A stretch of 39,620 bases of DNA from Chiloscyllium plagiosum (Eukaryota). The stretch spans positions 16,950,598-16,990,217 of the forward strand of contig NC_057720.1 in assembly GCF_004010195.1 (NCBI RefSeq), read 5' to 3'. The position numbers and the translations under genes were made by a program. Positions within the stretch are counted from its first letter, which is position 1; the number at the start of each line of letters is the position of its first letter. Below, one piece after another: positions 1 through 10,968 of the stretch. The notes below the pieces were generated by a model. That model was not told where the DNA came from and did no database searches. It worked only from the letters and a program-made list of their open reading frames with translations.

Positions 1-182
1 CCCCCCACCCTCCTCTAGCTTCTCTCTCCACGCTTCAGGTTCTCTGCCTTTATTCCTGATGAAGGGCTTTTGCCCGAAACGTCGATTTTGCCTGTCCTTG
101 GATGCTGCCTGAATCGCTGTGCTCTTCCAGCACCACTAATCCAGAATCTGGTTTCCAGCATCTGCAGTCATTGTTTTTACCT
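1..182 (+). mobile_element. Penelope-like element terminal fragment, family A (hammerhead-bearing); truncated by window start
   Basis: cctgatgaagggcttttgcccgaaacgtcg...ggatgctgcctga...ccagcatctgcagtc tail shared with copies at 7284-7483 and 25039-25165. Confidence 0.75.
52..87 (+). ncRNA. Minimal type-I hammerhead ribozyme motif (family A)
   Basis: ATTC-CTGATGA(56-62)-A-GGGC/TTTT/GCCC-GAAA(76-79)-CG-TC(83)-GATT. Core intact, stem III is palindromic ACGT, stem I pairs 3 of 4. Confidence 0.75.
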
Positions 183-214
183 TCTAATGCCATCAGTCAA
201 TAGTGAGAGTTTTA

Positions 215-2215
215 TCAGAATCATACAGTAAAAAAGGAGCCCTTCAGACAATCCAAGTCTGCACCAACCCAAAAAATACTACTCTAAATCCACCCTAGTC
301 CCACTCGTCAGCATTTGGCCCATAGCCTTTGATGTTGTAACATTTAAATAGCTCATCCAAGTATATTTTAAAGGTTGTGAGGCTTCCCACCTCAACTACC
401 CTCTTAAGTAATGTATTCCAGATTCCCCACCATCCTTTGGATGAAAACAGATTCCATACATAGAATAATAGAGATGTACAGCATGAAAACATACCCTTCG
501 GTCCAACCCATCCATGCCGACCAGATATCCCAACCCAATCTAGTCCTACCTGCCAGCACTCGGCCCATATCCCTCTCAACCCTTCCTATTTATATACCCA
601 TCCAGATGCCTCTTAAATGTACTATCCTCCGCCACTTCCTCTGGCAGCTCATTCCATAAACGTACCACCCTCTGCGTGAAAAAGTTGCCTCATGGGTCCC
701 TTTTATGTCTTTCCCCTCTCACCCTAAACCTATGCCCTCGCGTTCTGGACTCCCCCACCCCATGGAAAAGACTGTCTATTTATCCTGTCCATGCCCCTCA
801 TGATTTTGTAAACCTCTATAAGGTCACCCTTCAGCCTCCGACACTCCAGGGAAAGCAGCCCCAGGTTATTCAGCTTTTCCCTATAGCTCAAATCCTCCAA
901 CCCTGGCTACATCCTTGTAAATCTTTTCTGAACCCTTGCAAGTTTCATAACATCCTTCTTATAGGAAGGAGACCAGAATTGCATGCAATATTCCAAAAGT
1001 GGTCTAACCGATGTCCTGTACAACCATAACATGATCTCCCAACTCCTGTACTCAATACTCTGACCAATAAATGAAAGCATACCAAACGCCGCCTTCACTA
1101 TCCTATCTACCTGCGACTCCACTTTCAAGGAGCTATGAACCTGCACTCCAAAGTCTCTTTGTTCAGTAACATTCCCCATGACCTTATCATTAAGTGTGTA
1201 TGTCCTGCTCTGATTTGCTTTTCAAAAATGCAGCACCTCGCATTTATCTAAATTAAACTCCATCTACAATTCCTCAGCCCATTTGGCTCATCTGACCAAG
1301 ATCCCGTTGTAATCCAAGGTAAATTTCTTCGCTGTCCCTTACACCTCCAATTTTGGTGTCATCTGCAAACTTACTAACTATATCTCTTAGGCTCACATCC
1401 AAATCATTTGTATACCTGACAACAAGTAGTGGACCCAGCACCGATCCTTGTGGCACTCCACTGGTCACACGTCTCCAATCTGAAAAACAACCCTCCACCA
1501 TCACCCTCTGTCTTCTAGCTTTGAGCCAGTTCTGGATCCAAAAGCTAGATTTCCCTCGTTCCTTTTACCTTAAACGTATGCCCCCTTGATATTGTCCCTA
1601 CAATTAACCAGAACAGTGCTCTCTATCCACACTGTTCATGCCTCTTAATCATACACCTCTCGATCAGGTCCCTTTTCAGCCTTCTTTGCTCCAAAGAAAA
1701 CAACTGAAGCTTCTCCAGCCTCTCTTCATTGTTAAACTGCTCCATCCCAAGCAACATCCAAGTGAATCTCTTCTGCATATCCTCCAGTGCAATCACATAC
1801 ATATTGGTGACCAGGACTGCACATAGTACTCCAGCTGTGGCCTAACCAACGTTCAGTGCAGCTCCAGTGTAATCTTCCTGCTCTTACCATGCCACAGCAA
1901 ATAAGGGCAAGTGGTCTTCCTGCCACCTTAACTCTCTTTATTAACCTGCCACCTTCAGGGATCTGTGGACAATCTCTCTGTTTCTCTGACCTTTCTAGTC
2001 TCCTGTAATTCATAGAGTACTGCCTTCCGCTAAAGCTACCAGGATCAAATTCATCTGACACTGATCTACCTATTCTTACCAACTTATATATACCCTTCAG
2101 TCATTGAAAACCTTTTCACTGACAACAACCAGGCCAATCTTCATGTCATTGGCTTACTTATCATCACCTTTCTGCCCCCATTTTCTTCTATATGATTTTT
2201 ATGTTTATAAACCAA
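215..2215 (-). mobile_element. Older CR1 LINE 3' fragment, interrupted by a younger CR1 at about 447-1545
   Basis: CR1 3'UTR and RT C-terminal remnants. Host text 'aaaacagattcc' resumes as 'agatttccctc' at about 1546. Confidence 0.8.
447..1545 (-). mobile_element. CR1 LINE, 5'-truncated (RT C-terminus plus 3'UTR)
   Basis: Minus-strand peptides [45 protein letters not shown]; frameshifted. Confidence 0.93.
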
Positions 2216-2645
2216 AAGGGACCAGCATTGATAACTAAAAGAAAAATGAATCGTCTTGCCCCACTGCTTGATATTAGATTTCTGGTATTGGAGTAGTGTT
2301 CCAAATATCTTTTTAATGTAGGCTTCGTGGTATGATGTGCACTAACGCACAGTCAAATTGACTGCTTTTATCAAAATCCACCTGCTTTTGCTGTACATAT
2401 TTTTGGAAGCTGGGACACAACCAGTTAGTTTGGCGCCAAGCATTGTAAACTGTACAGTTTAAAATCTCTTGAGTTTTTTAATGGCATGCAAAATATGTGA
2501 CTCATTGCTTCTAGAGATTCTATATATATTTCTTTTTGTATTTTGTTTACATGTTTCATATGTAGGTACCTGGCTGCAAAATTTGACAAACTCTTGGTTA
2601 TTTCAGAAAAAGTTGTTTTTGCTGTTTAAGATTTATTATTTCTAA

Positions 2646-2960
<315 letters not shown>

Positions 2961-3740
2961 TAGGAATGTAAACAAAACAGTAAAAATGGAAAAATGCAAA
3001 ACATTGGTCATATTTCATACAAAGATATTTAATGATCCTTTGCTTTGTTGAAAATATAATGAATGCTTTATAGAAATTCTGTACTTTGCTTTGTGGTTGT
3101 AGAAACACTGTTTTGACTGCAGATTTGACCGAGGTATTGTTAAAATTCCATGTATGTGGCTCTATCACTATGCTTGTTTGAAAAGAAATATTTGGAGCAA
3201 ATATGCTGAAATCTAACTTTAAATCCACAATGATTTTTGTCCTAATTTTCAAATTTCTATAGTAAGCCTATTATGTCCAGGTATATTATCAAGCCATCAT
3301 AAGTCATACAGACCTAAACTAGGAATCTGACTGACAAATGGTAACATTACAAATTGAGAATATGCTTTTCCTTTTTTCCTAATTTCTCTCAATAGCCTCT
3401 TGAAGGTGGTGAATTGTTATTGAATACAATTTTACTAATAGTACTTTGGATGCACCATTTTTAATTTTGAGTTCTAGACAGTATATTTTAGAAAGGAACT
3501 TGACTATTGAAGGCACCGATGTTAAACTAGTCCTGTACTTAATTCTTGTAATATCTTTCAGTAAGTTCCACTGAAAATATAGTGATGAAGACTAAGACCT
3601 CGTTTACTGTCTGTTCAATACCACAATCCTTGGGATGAAGACAATATGAATTCTACTTGTTCAGAGTATTGCAGCAAGGATCATTCGCAAAGGGATTCAT
3701 TCTAATACCAACTTAGGTCCATACTTAGTTGCACAAAATT

Positions 3741-4088
3741 GGGGCGGGACAGTGGTTAGCATTGCTGCCTCTTGGCGCCAGGGACACTGGTTCAGTTCCA
3801 GCCTTGGGTGACTCTTTATCTATGTGGAGTTTGCACATTCTCCCCTTGTCTGCATGGGGTTTCTGAACAGTGCTCCGGTTTCCTCCCACAGTCCAAAGTG
3901 CAGGTTAGATGGATTGGCAATGGAAAATTGCCCCATAGTATTTGGGGATGGGCACGCTAGGTGGATTGCCAGACGATAAATGTGGAGTTACAGGGGCTGT
4001 GGGATGTCGATCTGTGTGGGTGCTCTTCAGAGGGTCTATGTAGACTTGACTGGCTGAATGGCTCTATCTGTACTGTGGGGATTCTATG
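3741..4088 (+). mobile_element. HE1-type V-SINE (tRNA-derived)
   Basis: tRNA-like head (cagtggttagcattgctgcctc...ggttcagttcc), V-domain (tgtggagtttgcacattctcccc...ggtttcctcccacagtccaaag), CR1-like tail. Confidence 0.9.
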
Positions 4089-4619
4089 CAGATGTACATT
4101 TACTCAGCAGTCACATGAGCCCCATTTCTCTTTAAAGTCAAATGACTTGTTTTATGGTGACCTTAGACACCATAAGATTTATTGGATCTCTGCTGTAGTC
4201 TTTCATAATAACAGACCCCTGACTCAAGACAGTTAATGTCTTCTCAATGGATAATTTAATGTAGACCAGCCACAAAGTGACACTGGAAAGACCTGCTGAT
4301 ATCGTGATAATGTATATTACTGTATGAAAAGAGGGAGATGGAGAAGAAAGTAGTGCCAATAGCTTTCAAACAGTATTGTCTTTTAAAGCTTTATTTAAAG
4401 TTGGTCGTTATACAGTTGGTGAAGGTGGGTTCAAAGTTGGCCTGTGGTTTTTCATGAATTTCCATATGATTCATGGTTTAGATTCTTTTTGATAGATGAC
4501 CATGCAAGTAAACTGCCACCCTAATGCCACTCATCAAAATAAACTGAAAATAAACAGTCTGATGCAAGACCTGGAACTATACAGAAGGCCAATAACGTCT
4601 GCGATGACAAACTCACTTA

Positions 4620-6840
4620 ATAGGAGCTGAAGGAGACCATTCTGCTGCTCAAATTTGCTCCGCCATTCAATAAATCATGGCTTCCCCGATTGATTGCTCC
4701 ACATTCCTGCCTATTCCAATAAGCTCTCACCTCCTGGCATATTAAGAATCAGTCCATCTTTGCCTTTTAAAAAAAATTCAAAGACTCTGCTTCCACTACG
4801 TTTTGACGAACAGTGTTCTGTAGATTTTCAAAACTTAGACCCCTTATTTTGAAACAGAATCGTAGTTCCCATATGGCAACAGAGTAGCAACAGAATAGCA
4901 GGGCTGCATGCAGGCTCTAGTGCCAGGTGCTCATCTGCTCCCAAATGCTTTCTTTACTTTTCCTTTTTTTGTTCATTTTCTTTAAAGCCTTTTGTGACAG
5001 TTTAATCAGTGGCATTAGGGTGGCAGTGAAAGCAGGCCAAGTGCAGAATGGCAGCAAGCTCCCAACAGGCAGTGGGGGTGGACGTGATTCCTCCCGGTGT
5101 TTGGAGGCCGCAGCAGCAAGGATGTAGCTCAGCATTCGGGACCAGCGTCAGCAAAGCTCTTCCAGCAATTGGAGGTGGCAGCAGCGGACAATTCAAGATG
5201 GTGGCACCATCAAGGTGACATTTGGAGAAGGGCGGTTGGAGTGGGACCTCTGGTTGCAGTCGGCCCAGAGCAGGGATTCCTGGCATTGACAAGGCGGCAG
5301 CGGAGCCAGTACGCTTCTGGTTACAGTCACGGCAGGCCCGGAGCAGGAACTCTGGTCATCGCCGAGGCAGCTGCAGCAGTTGCTGATTGTGGTAGGACCT
5401 GAGCCAGGGGCTCCTGTTTATCAGTGAGGCAACAGCGGAGCCACGGACTCCTGGTTGTGGTCGTGACAGGCCCAGAATCGGAACTCCTGATTATTGACGT
5501 GGCAGCTCCTGGTTGCGATAGGCCTGGTCTCCTGGTTGTTGGTGAGGTGTAGGCAGCAGGCAGCAGAGCTGGAGACTCCTGATTGTTGGGGGAGAGTGGG
5601 TTCAACACAAGACCCAGCATCAGTGTTGGCAAGATGGGCCCAATGGCAGAGAGGTGGCACCTAAATCGTGGAAACTCCTACATTGGTGGTTCCAGTGCAG
5701 GCGGTGGAGGTACAAATGTTGTTGGTAAGCTGGCTCAGGCCACACAGCGGAGGCAGTAGAAAATGATGGACTGTCCTTTTTCACTCTTAAACTATTCAAA
5801 ATAACACTGGATTGTGATGACAATTGAAGGTTCTCTCTGTATTTTACTGTATTTTACACTGTAAAATGCAAGTGACAATAAATTATCCATTTCAATTCAA
5901 ATATCTTATCCACATCCACCTCTCTAAAGACCTGTCAAGATTTTGCTTGTTTCAATAAAGTCATTCTTGATCATCCATTTAACATATCGGTACACCTTTG
6001 TGACCTTTTTGTGTCCATTTGATAAGCTCCCATTGCTGTATAATTACTATTAGTGGGCCTGTGAGCACATCTCACAACTGATTTCTTATCTTTATCATAT
6101 CTCATTTCTCCCTAAATATGATGTCCTGAACTTTGTTCATCCTTCTGTATTGTGCTGATACGATTACTTATTAATAGAGCCAACTCTCCACATTGTCCTA
6201 GTTTTGTAGCCTACCTCAATATCTTGTTTCCTTCAATATTCAGATCCCCTATCAAATTATGTCACTCTGCAGCCAAGTCTGTGCGATGATATTAGATTGT
6301 ATTTATTCTTTCATGATCAGTCATCTGTTGTTTTCACTGCTGCATGCTTTCGGCCATAGACCCTTCAGCTTTTTCCTTCAATTATTTTTGTAACCTTTAG
6401 CCTTACCTGTTGATTTAATCTTAGGGTAGGGTAGAAAGCACAAACCTGTCAGTTTTTAAACGTTATCTCTCTTGCTGTGTCGCTGTGCTCTGCTTTACCA
6501 CATCTTCCTAAATTTAACCCCAACCCTCAGTATTTGGTTTAAAAGCTTCTTTCATTTGCTACTTATGCAGTATACTACTAGAACACCAGCTATAGCATGG
6601 TTCAGGTGTAGCTTCATCCCAACATATGGTTCTCATTTTCCCTAACATTGGTGCCAGTGTCCCAAGGACTAGTGTCCATTTCTCCCACACCAATCTATAA
6701 GACAAGTATTCATTATTGTAAACCTTGCCATAATTCAGAGATGACTATCTTTTTGAGTATTTATTTCTGATACTGCCTGTACAGAACCCCTCTCCTTGAC
6801 CCACCAACATCATTGGTACCTATATGGACCACTGAGTGTT
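4620..6840 (-). mobile_element. Old, internally deleted CR1 (3'UTR, endonuclease and ORF1 remnants), interrupted at about 4872-5898
   Basis: CR1 3'UTR phrases at 4620-4870 resume at about 5899 (aaatatcttatccacatccacc). Degenerate 5' ORF2/ORF1-like sequence at 5990-6840. Confidence 0.65.
4872..5898 (+). mobile_element. Unclassified GC-rich non-autonomous insertion with internal minisatellite and Rex1-like tail
   Basis: Splits a CR1 3'UTR. About 11 degenerate ctcctggttg-core repeats at 5244-5600. Ends ...actgtaaaatgcaagtgacaataaattatccatttcaattca. Confidence 0.55.
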
Positions 6841-6849
6841 CCCCTTGCA

Positions 6850-7935
6850 AATAGATTTAATGCAGGTGGGAAGACTAAATTAAATGGTAGAACCTGTAAT
6901 AGCATACAAAGGGATCAACATGTAAAGGTCCACAGTGCCTGAAAGGAGCAGCACAGTGAATGAGGTGTTCAAGAAGTCAGATGATATGTTTGCCTTCATC
7001 GGTTAGGGAATATTGTATAAAAATTGGTGAGTCATGTTGCAGTTGTATAAAACTTTAGTAAGGTCGCATTTGGAATATTGTGTACACTTCTGGTCACCAG
7101 ATAACCAGACTGATGTAGAGGCTTTAGACAAGGTATAGAAATGGTTTAGCAGGATGTTGCTTGGTTTGGAGGGTATATTAGCTGTGAGGAGAGAAAGGAC
7201 AAACTTGGTTTGTTTTCACTTGAACATCAAAGACTGAGTGGTGACCTGTTGGAAGTTTACAAAATTGTGAGAGTCAGAGTCTTTTAGGCAAAAGTGAGGA
7301 CTGCAGATGCTGGAAATCCGAGTCGAGATTAGAGTGGTGCTGGAAAAGCACAGCAGGTCGGGCAGCATCCGAGGAGCAGGAAAATCGACGTTTGGGGCAA
7401 AAGCCTGATGAAGAAAAACGTTGATTTTCCTGCTCCTCGGATGTTGTCTGACCTACTGTGCTTTTCCAACACCACTCTAATCTAGTCAGAGTCTTGTCCC
7501 AGGGTAGAAATGTCAATTACTTGGGGATGTACGTTTAAGAAAAAGCAGGGTAAGTTTAGAAGACATGTGAGAGGCAGGTGTTTTTACAGACTGTGGTAGG
7601 TGTGTGGAATGTGCTGCCCATGGAGGGGGACAATGGCAATGTTTAAGAGGCATTATGACTGATATATAAATAGGCAGAGATAATAGGGGTACAGACAGCA
7701 GAGCAGCAAAAGATTTTTAGTTTAGAAAGGCATCATGTGTTGGCACAGTATTGGTGGTCAAGAGGGCCCATTCTTTTGCTGGACTGTTCTTTGTGTATCT
7801 AAAGTTCTTGATTAGTGAGGGGATTGAAAGTTGCAGGGGGAAGGCAAGAGAAGGGGTCTGATAAACACCACAGCCATGATTGAATGGTGAAGCAGACTCA
7901 ATGGGCCAAATGGCCTAGTTCTGTTCCTAAAACCT
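6850..7935 (+). mobile_element. CR1 LINE 3' fragments (host of the PLE at 7284-7483)
   Basis: LYKTLVRSHLEYCVHFWSP-like coding remnant followed by CR1 3'UTR tails. Confidence 0.85.
7284..7483. mobile_element. Penelope-like family A head-to-head inverted insertion with 12-bp TSD
   Basis: TSD AGTCAGAGTCTT at 7272-7283 and 7484-7495. Arms 7326-7393 and 7416-7483 are reverse complements. Broken hammerhead cores at the centre. Confidence 0.85.
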
Positions 7936-8334
7936 ATTTTGATGGCTGAAGCAATTTGCTGCATTTTTTATGCATATGTCTGGTGGCATGGAGAGTTTCT
8001 CACTATTCAGCAATGAATTGATGATTGAGGGGCTATAGCTTGTTAATTTGTTTAGTAACACTCAGTTCACCAAATTTATATTCAACTTCCTAAGTTAGCA
8101 AATGTGCCAAACAAACTGGATGTCGAGCATTCTCATCGTAGAAGTCAAAGATGGTGCTTGGTGAAATTAGCTCACTGCTAGCTGTGAAGAGCCCGTGGGT
8201 AGGCGGTTGGTGTGGCGGCATGCTCCTTTTGCTGTTTTCACCTGGAAAAATAGGTTCCAGCCACTCCTTATGACTCGAAATCTCCAGTCCTGGCAACATC
8301 CTGGTGAATCTTTTCTGAACCTTCTCCAATTTAG

Positions 8335-10250
8335 AAAACCGCTAGTGTGATACCCCTATTCAAAAAGAGGAGGCCAATTAATGGGTAACTATAGACCAAT
8401 TAACCTAACATCTGGAAAATTTTTAGAATCATTTATTAAGGAAGTACGAGTAGAACATTTGGAAAATTATAATTTAATCAAGTAGAATTAGCCTGGCTTC
8501 ATGAAAGGGAAATTGTGTCTTTATTAGAGTTTTTCAAGAAGCCTCAACCTTCTCGAAAAGTTGGGGAAGGTTGAGGGGAACCTTTAGCCCGAGGGGAATC
8601 AGTAGATTTGCCACATTTGGACATCCAAAAGACATCTGACAAGGTACCACACAAAAAATTAAGTCATATAATAAGACCCTATGGTATTGGCATGAATAGA
8701 GAATTGGCTCATGGGCAAGAAACAGCGAGTGGGGATAATGGGTTCTTTTTCAGGTTGGAAACCCAATGACCACTGCAGGGATCAGTGCTCGGACCGCCAC
8801 TGTTTGCAATAAATTTTTATTGACTTTGAGGAAGGAAATTAATGTTACTCTAGCCAAATTTGCAGGCAACACAAAAATAGGTAGAAAGTTGAGAAGAATG
8901 TAATTTACAGAAATATTGATATGCTATGTAAGTGGGCAAAAAGTTGACAAATGGAATATAACGTGGGAAAATGCAACGTTTATTTTGGAAGAGGGAACAA
9001 AAGAACAAAATATTACTTAAATTGAGAAAGCTGCAACACAAGAGGACTTGTGGGTGCTTGTGCATGAAACACAAAAAGATAGCACTCTGATGCAGCAAGT
9101 TATCAGGAAGCTTAATGGAATGTTGGCCCTTACTTCAAACGGGTTGGAGTAGGGAAGTCTTAATGCAGCTGTACAAGGTGAGACCACATCTGGAGTATTG
9201 TGAACAGCATTGATTCCCTTATTTAAGGAAGTATATCATTTCATCAGTGACAGTTCAGAGAAGGTTTGCTGGGATAATTGCTGGCGTGGATGGATTGTCT
9301 TATGAGCAAAGGCTAAACAGGTTGGAACTCTACTTAATGAGTTTAGAAGAATGAGAGGTGATCTCATTGAATCTTAGAGGATTCATAAGGGTAAATGCTG
9401 AGAGGATGCTGCCCATGCCAGAATATTGTGAGTAATATTGGGCCCCATACCTCAAATGTATTGGCCCTAGAGCAGGTCACGAGAATGATCCCAAGAGGCT
9501 TAACATGTGGAACATTTGAGAACTCTGGGACTGTACTTAATGGAGTTTAGAAGGATGAGGGGGGTTGGAGAGATCTGATTGAAACTTACAGAATACTGAA
9601 TAACCTGGACAGCGTGGATGTTGGGAAGATGTTTCCATGAGCAGGGGTGACGAAGACCTGAGGGCACAGCCTTCGAGTAAAGGGAAGACCCTTTAGAACA
9701 GAGATAAGGAGAAATCTCTTTAGCCAGAGAGTGGTGACTCTGTGGAAACTATTGCCACAGAGGACTGTGGAGGACAGGTCATTAAGTATATTTAAAATTG
9801 AGATAGGTATATTGTTGATTGCTAAGGGGATCAAAGGGTACAGGGAGAAAGCGGGAAAATGGGGTTGAAAAACCTATCAGCCATGATTGAATGGCAGCGC
9901 AGACTCCATGGGCTGAATGGCTGAATTTCTGCTCTTATGGTCTTGTGACCAAAGGGCATAGTTTCAGAATAAAGGGGTGTCAATTGAAGATGGCGATGAT
10001 GAGGAATTTCTTCCCTGAGGGTTTTGACCCTTTGGAACTCCTTGCCACAGAGCTGCAGGGGCGGAGTCCTTGTGTATTTTTAAGGCTGGGGTAGATAAAT
10101 TCTTGATCAGTAGAGGAATCAAGGGTTTCGAGGAAAGGAGAGGAAAGTGGATGCGAATAATGTCAGATCAGCCATGATGTTATTGAATGCCAGAGCAAGC
10201 TCAAGGGGCCAAACAGCCAACCCCTGTTTCTGTTTTGTATGATCTTCTAG
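8335..10250 (+). mobile_element. Decayed CR1 LINE (RT through 3'UTR) with a second CR1 fragment nested at about 9415-9945
   Basis: GNYRPINLTS-, KFAGNTKIG- and [13 protein letters not shown] remnants; two separate 3'UTR tails. Confidence 0.85.
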
Positions 10251-10968
10251 AACTAATAAAGCTGCTGCGGTCATCTAAGCTCATGGACCCAACAATAAAA
10301 TGGATTGTTTTGAGCCAAAATTAATATCCCTCTGAAAGACCACTGGAACTCAGATCTGTATTCCTTAGCTGATACACACCTTTCTGGAAGTTACATCTCG
10401 AGCTGAAAAGTTGTCTGCAGAATATTCAGCTTGGAAAAGCAATGAGCAGACTTGGGAATATACAAATGGACAATTTTATCAACAGCTGCATCTGAACAGT
10501 GAAAGAGAGACAACAAAACATGAATTTGTGAACAAAAATTGGAAGGCTTGCTCTCTCCCTCTCAGTCTGAAATATGAGCAATGATTTACTGAGAACTCAC
10601 GACATTTGTAATTTGCCATTTACGGAGGGAAAAACCCAACAGCTAAACAGGTGGACTCTGGACTTCTCATTCTCACTATTCAAAGACTCGCTTTTAAAAT
10701 AAAATACAACAGTCTATTGCAGATAACCCCTTATTTTGCCCCTATTCTACCCTTTTCTTTGTAAGCTCATTATCAGTGTTTCTGTGTGTTGCACTTTTTA
10801 TGTAACATTTGTTCCCCTCAAAAAAAACCCTTTGAATAGATTCTCCTTCATTTCTTAGATTTGATTAGGTTTAATTGAAGTATGATGGACATGGGTTTCA
10901 AAAAATTGATGCTGCAGACCGAGGGATTTGTAAGATGGGGAGCTGTGACTCCTCACATGGTCATAACA
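10250..10968 (+). mobile_element. Possible decayed solo-LTR fragment
   Basis: Non-coding block ending in tggtcataACA, a typical LTR 3' terminus. The 5' TG end and a TSD were not identified. Confidence 0.3.

Noticed and set aside
3741..3820. tRNA-like sequences at HE1 heads as tRNA genes
   Set aside because: They are SINE heads followed by V-domains; no intact cloverleaf.
5244..5600. Spaced short repeats resembling a CRISPR array
   Set aside because: Eukaryotic context, degenerate repeats and mutually similar spacers: a minisatellite.
4917..5823. Multiple overlapping 66-101 aa ORFs on both strands
   Set aside because: By-product of a GC-rich minisatellite insertion; no recognisable domain or splice-consistent structure.
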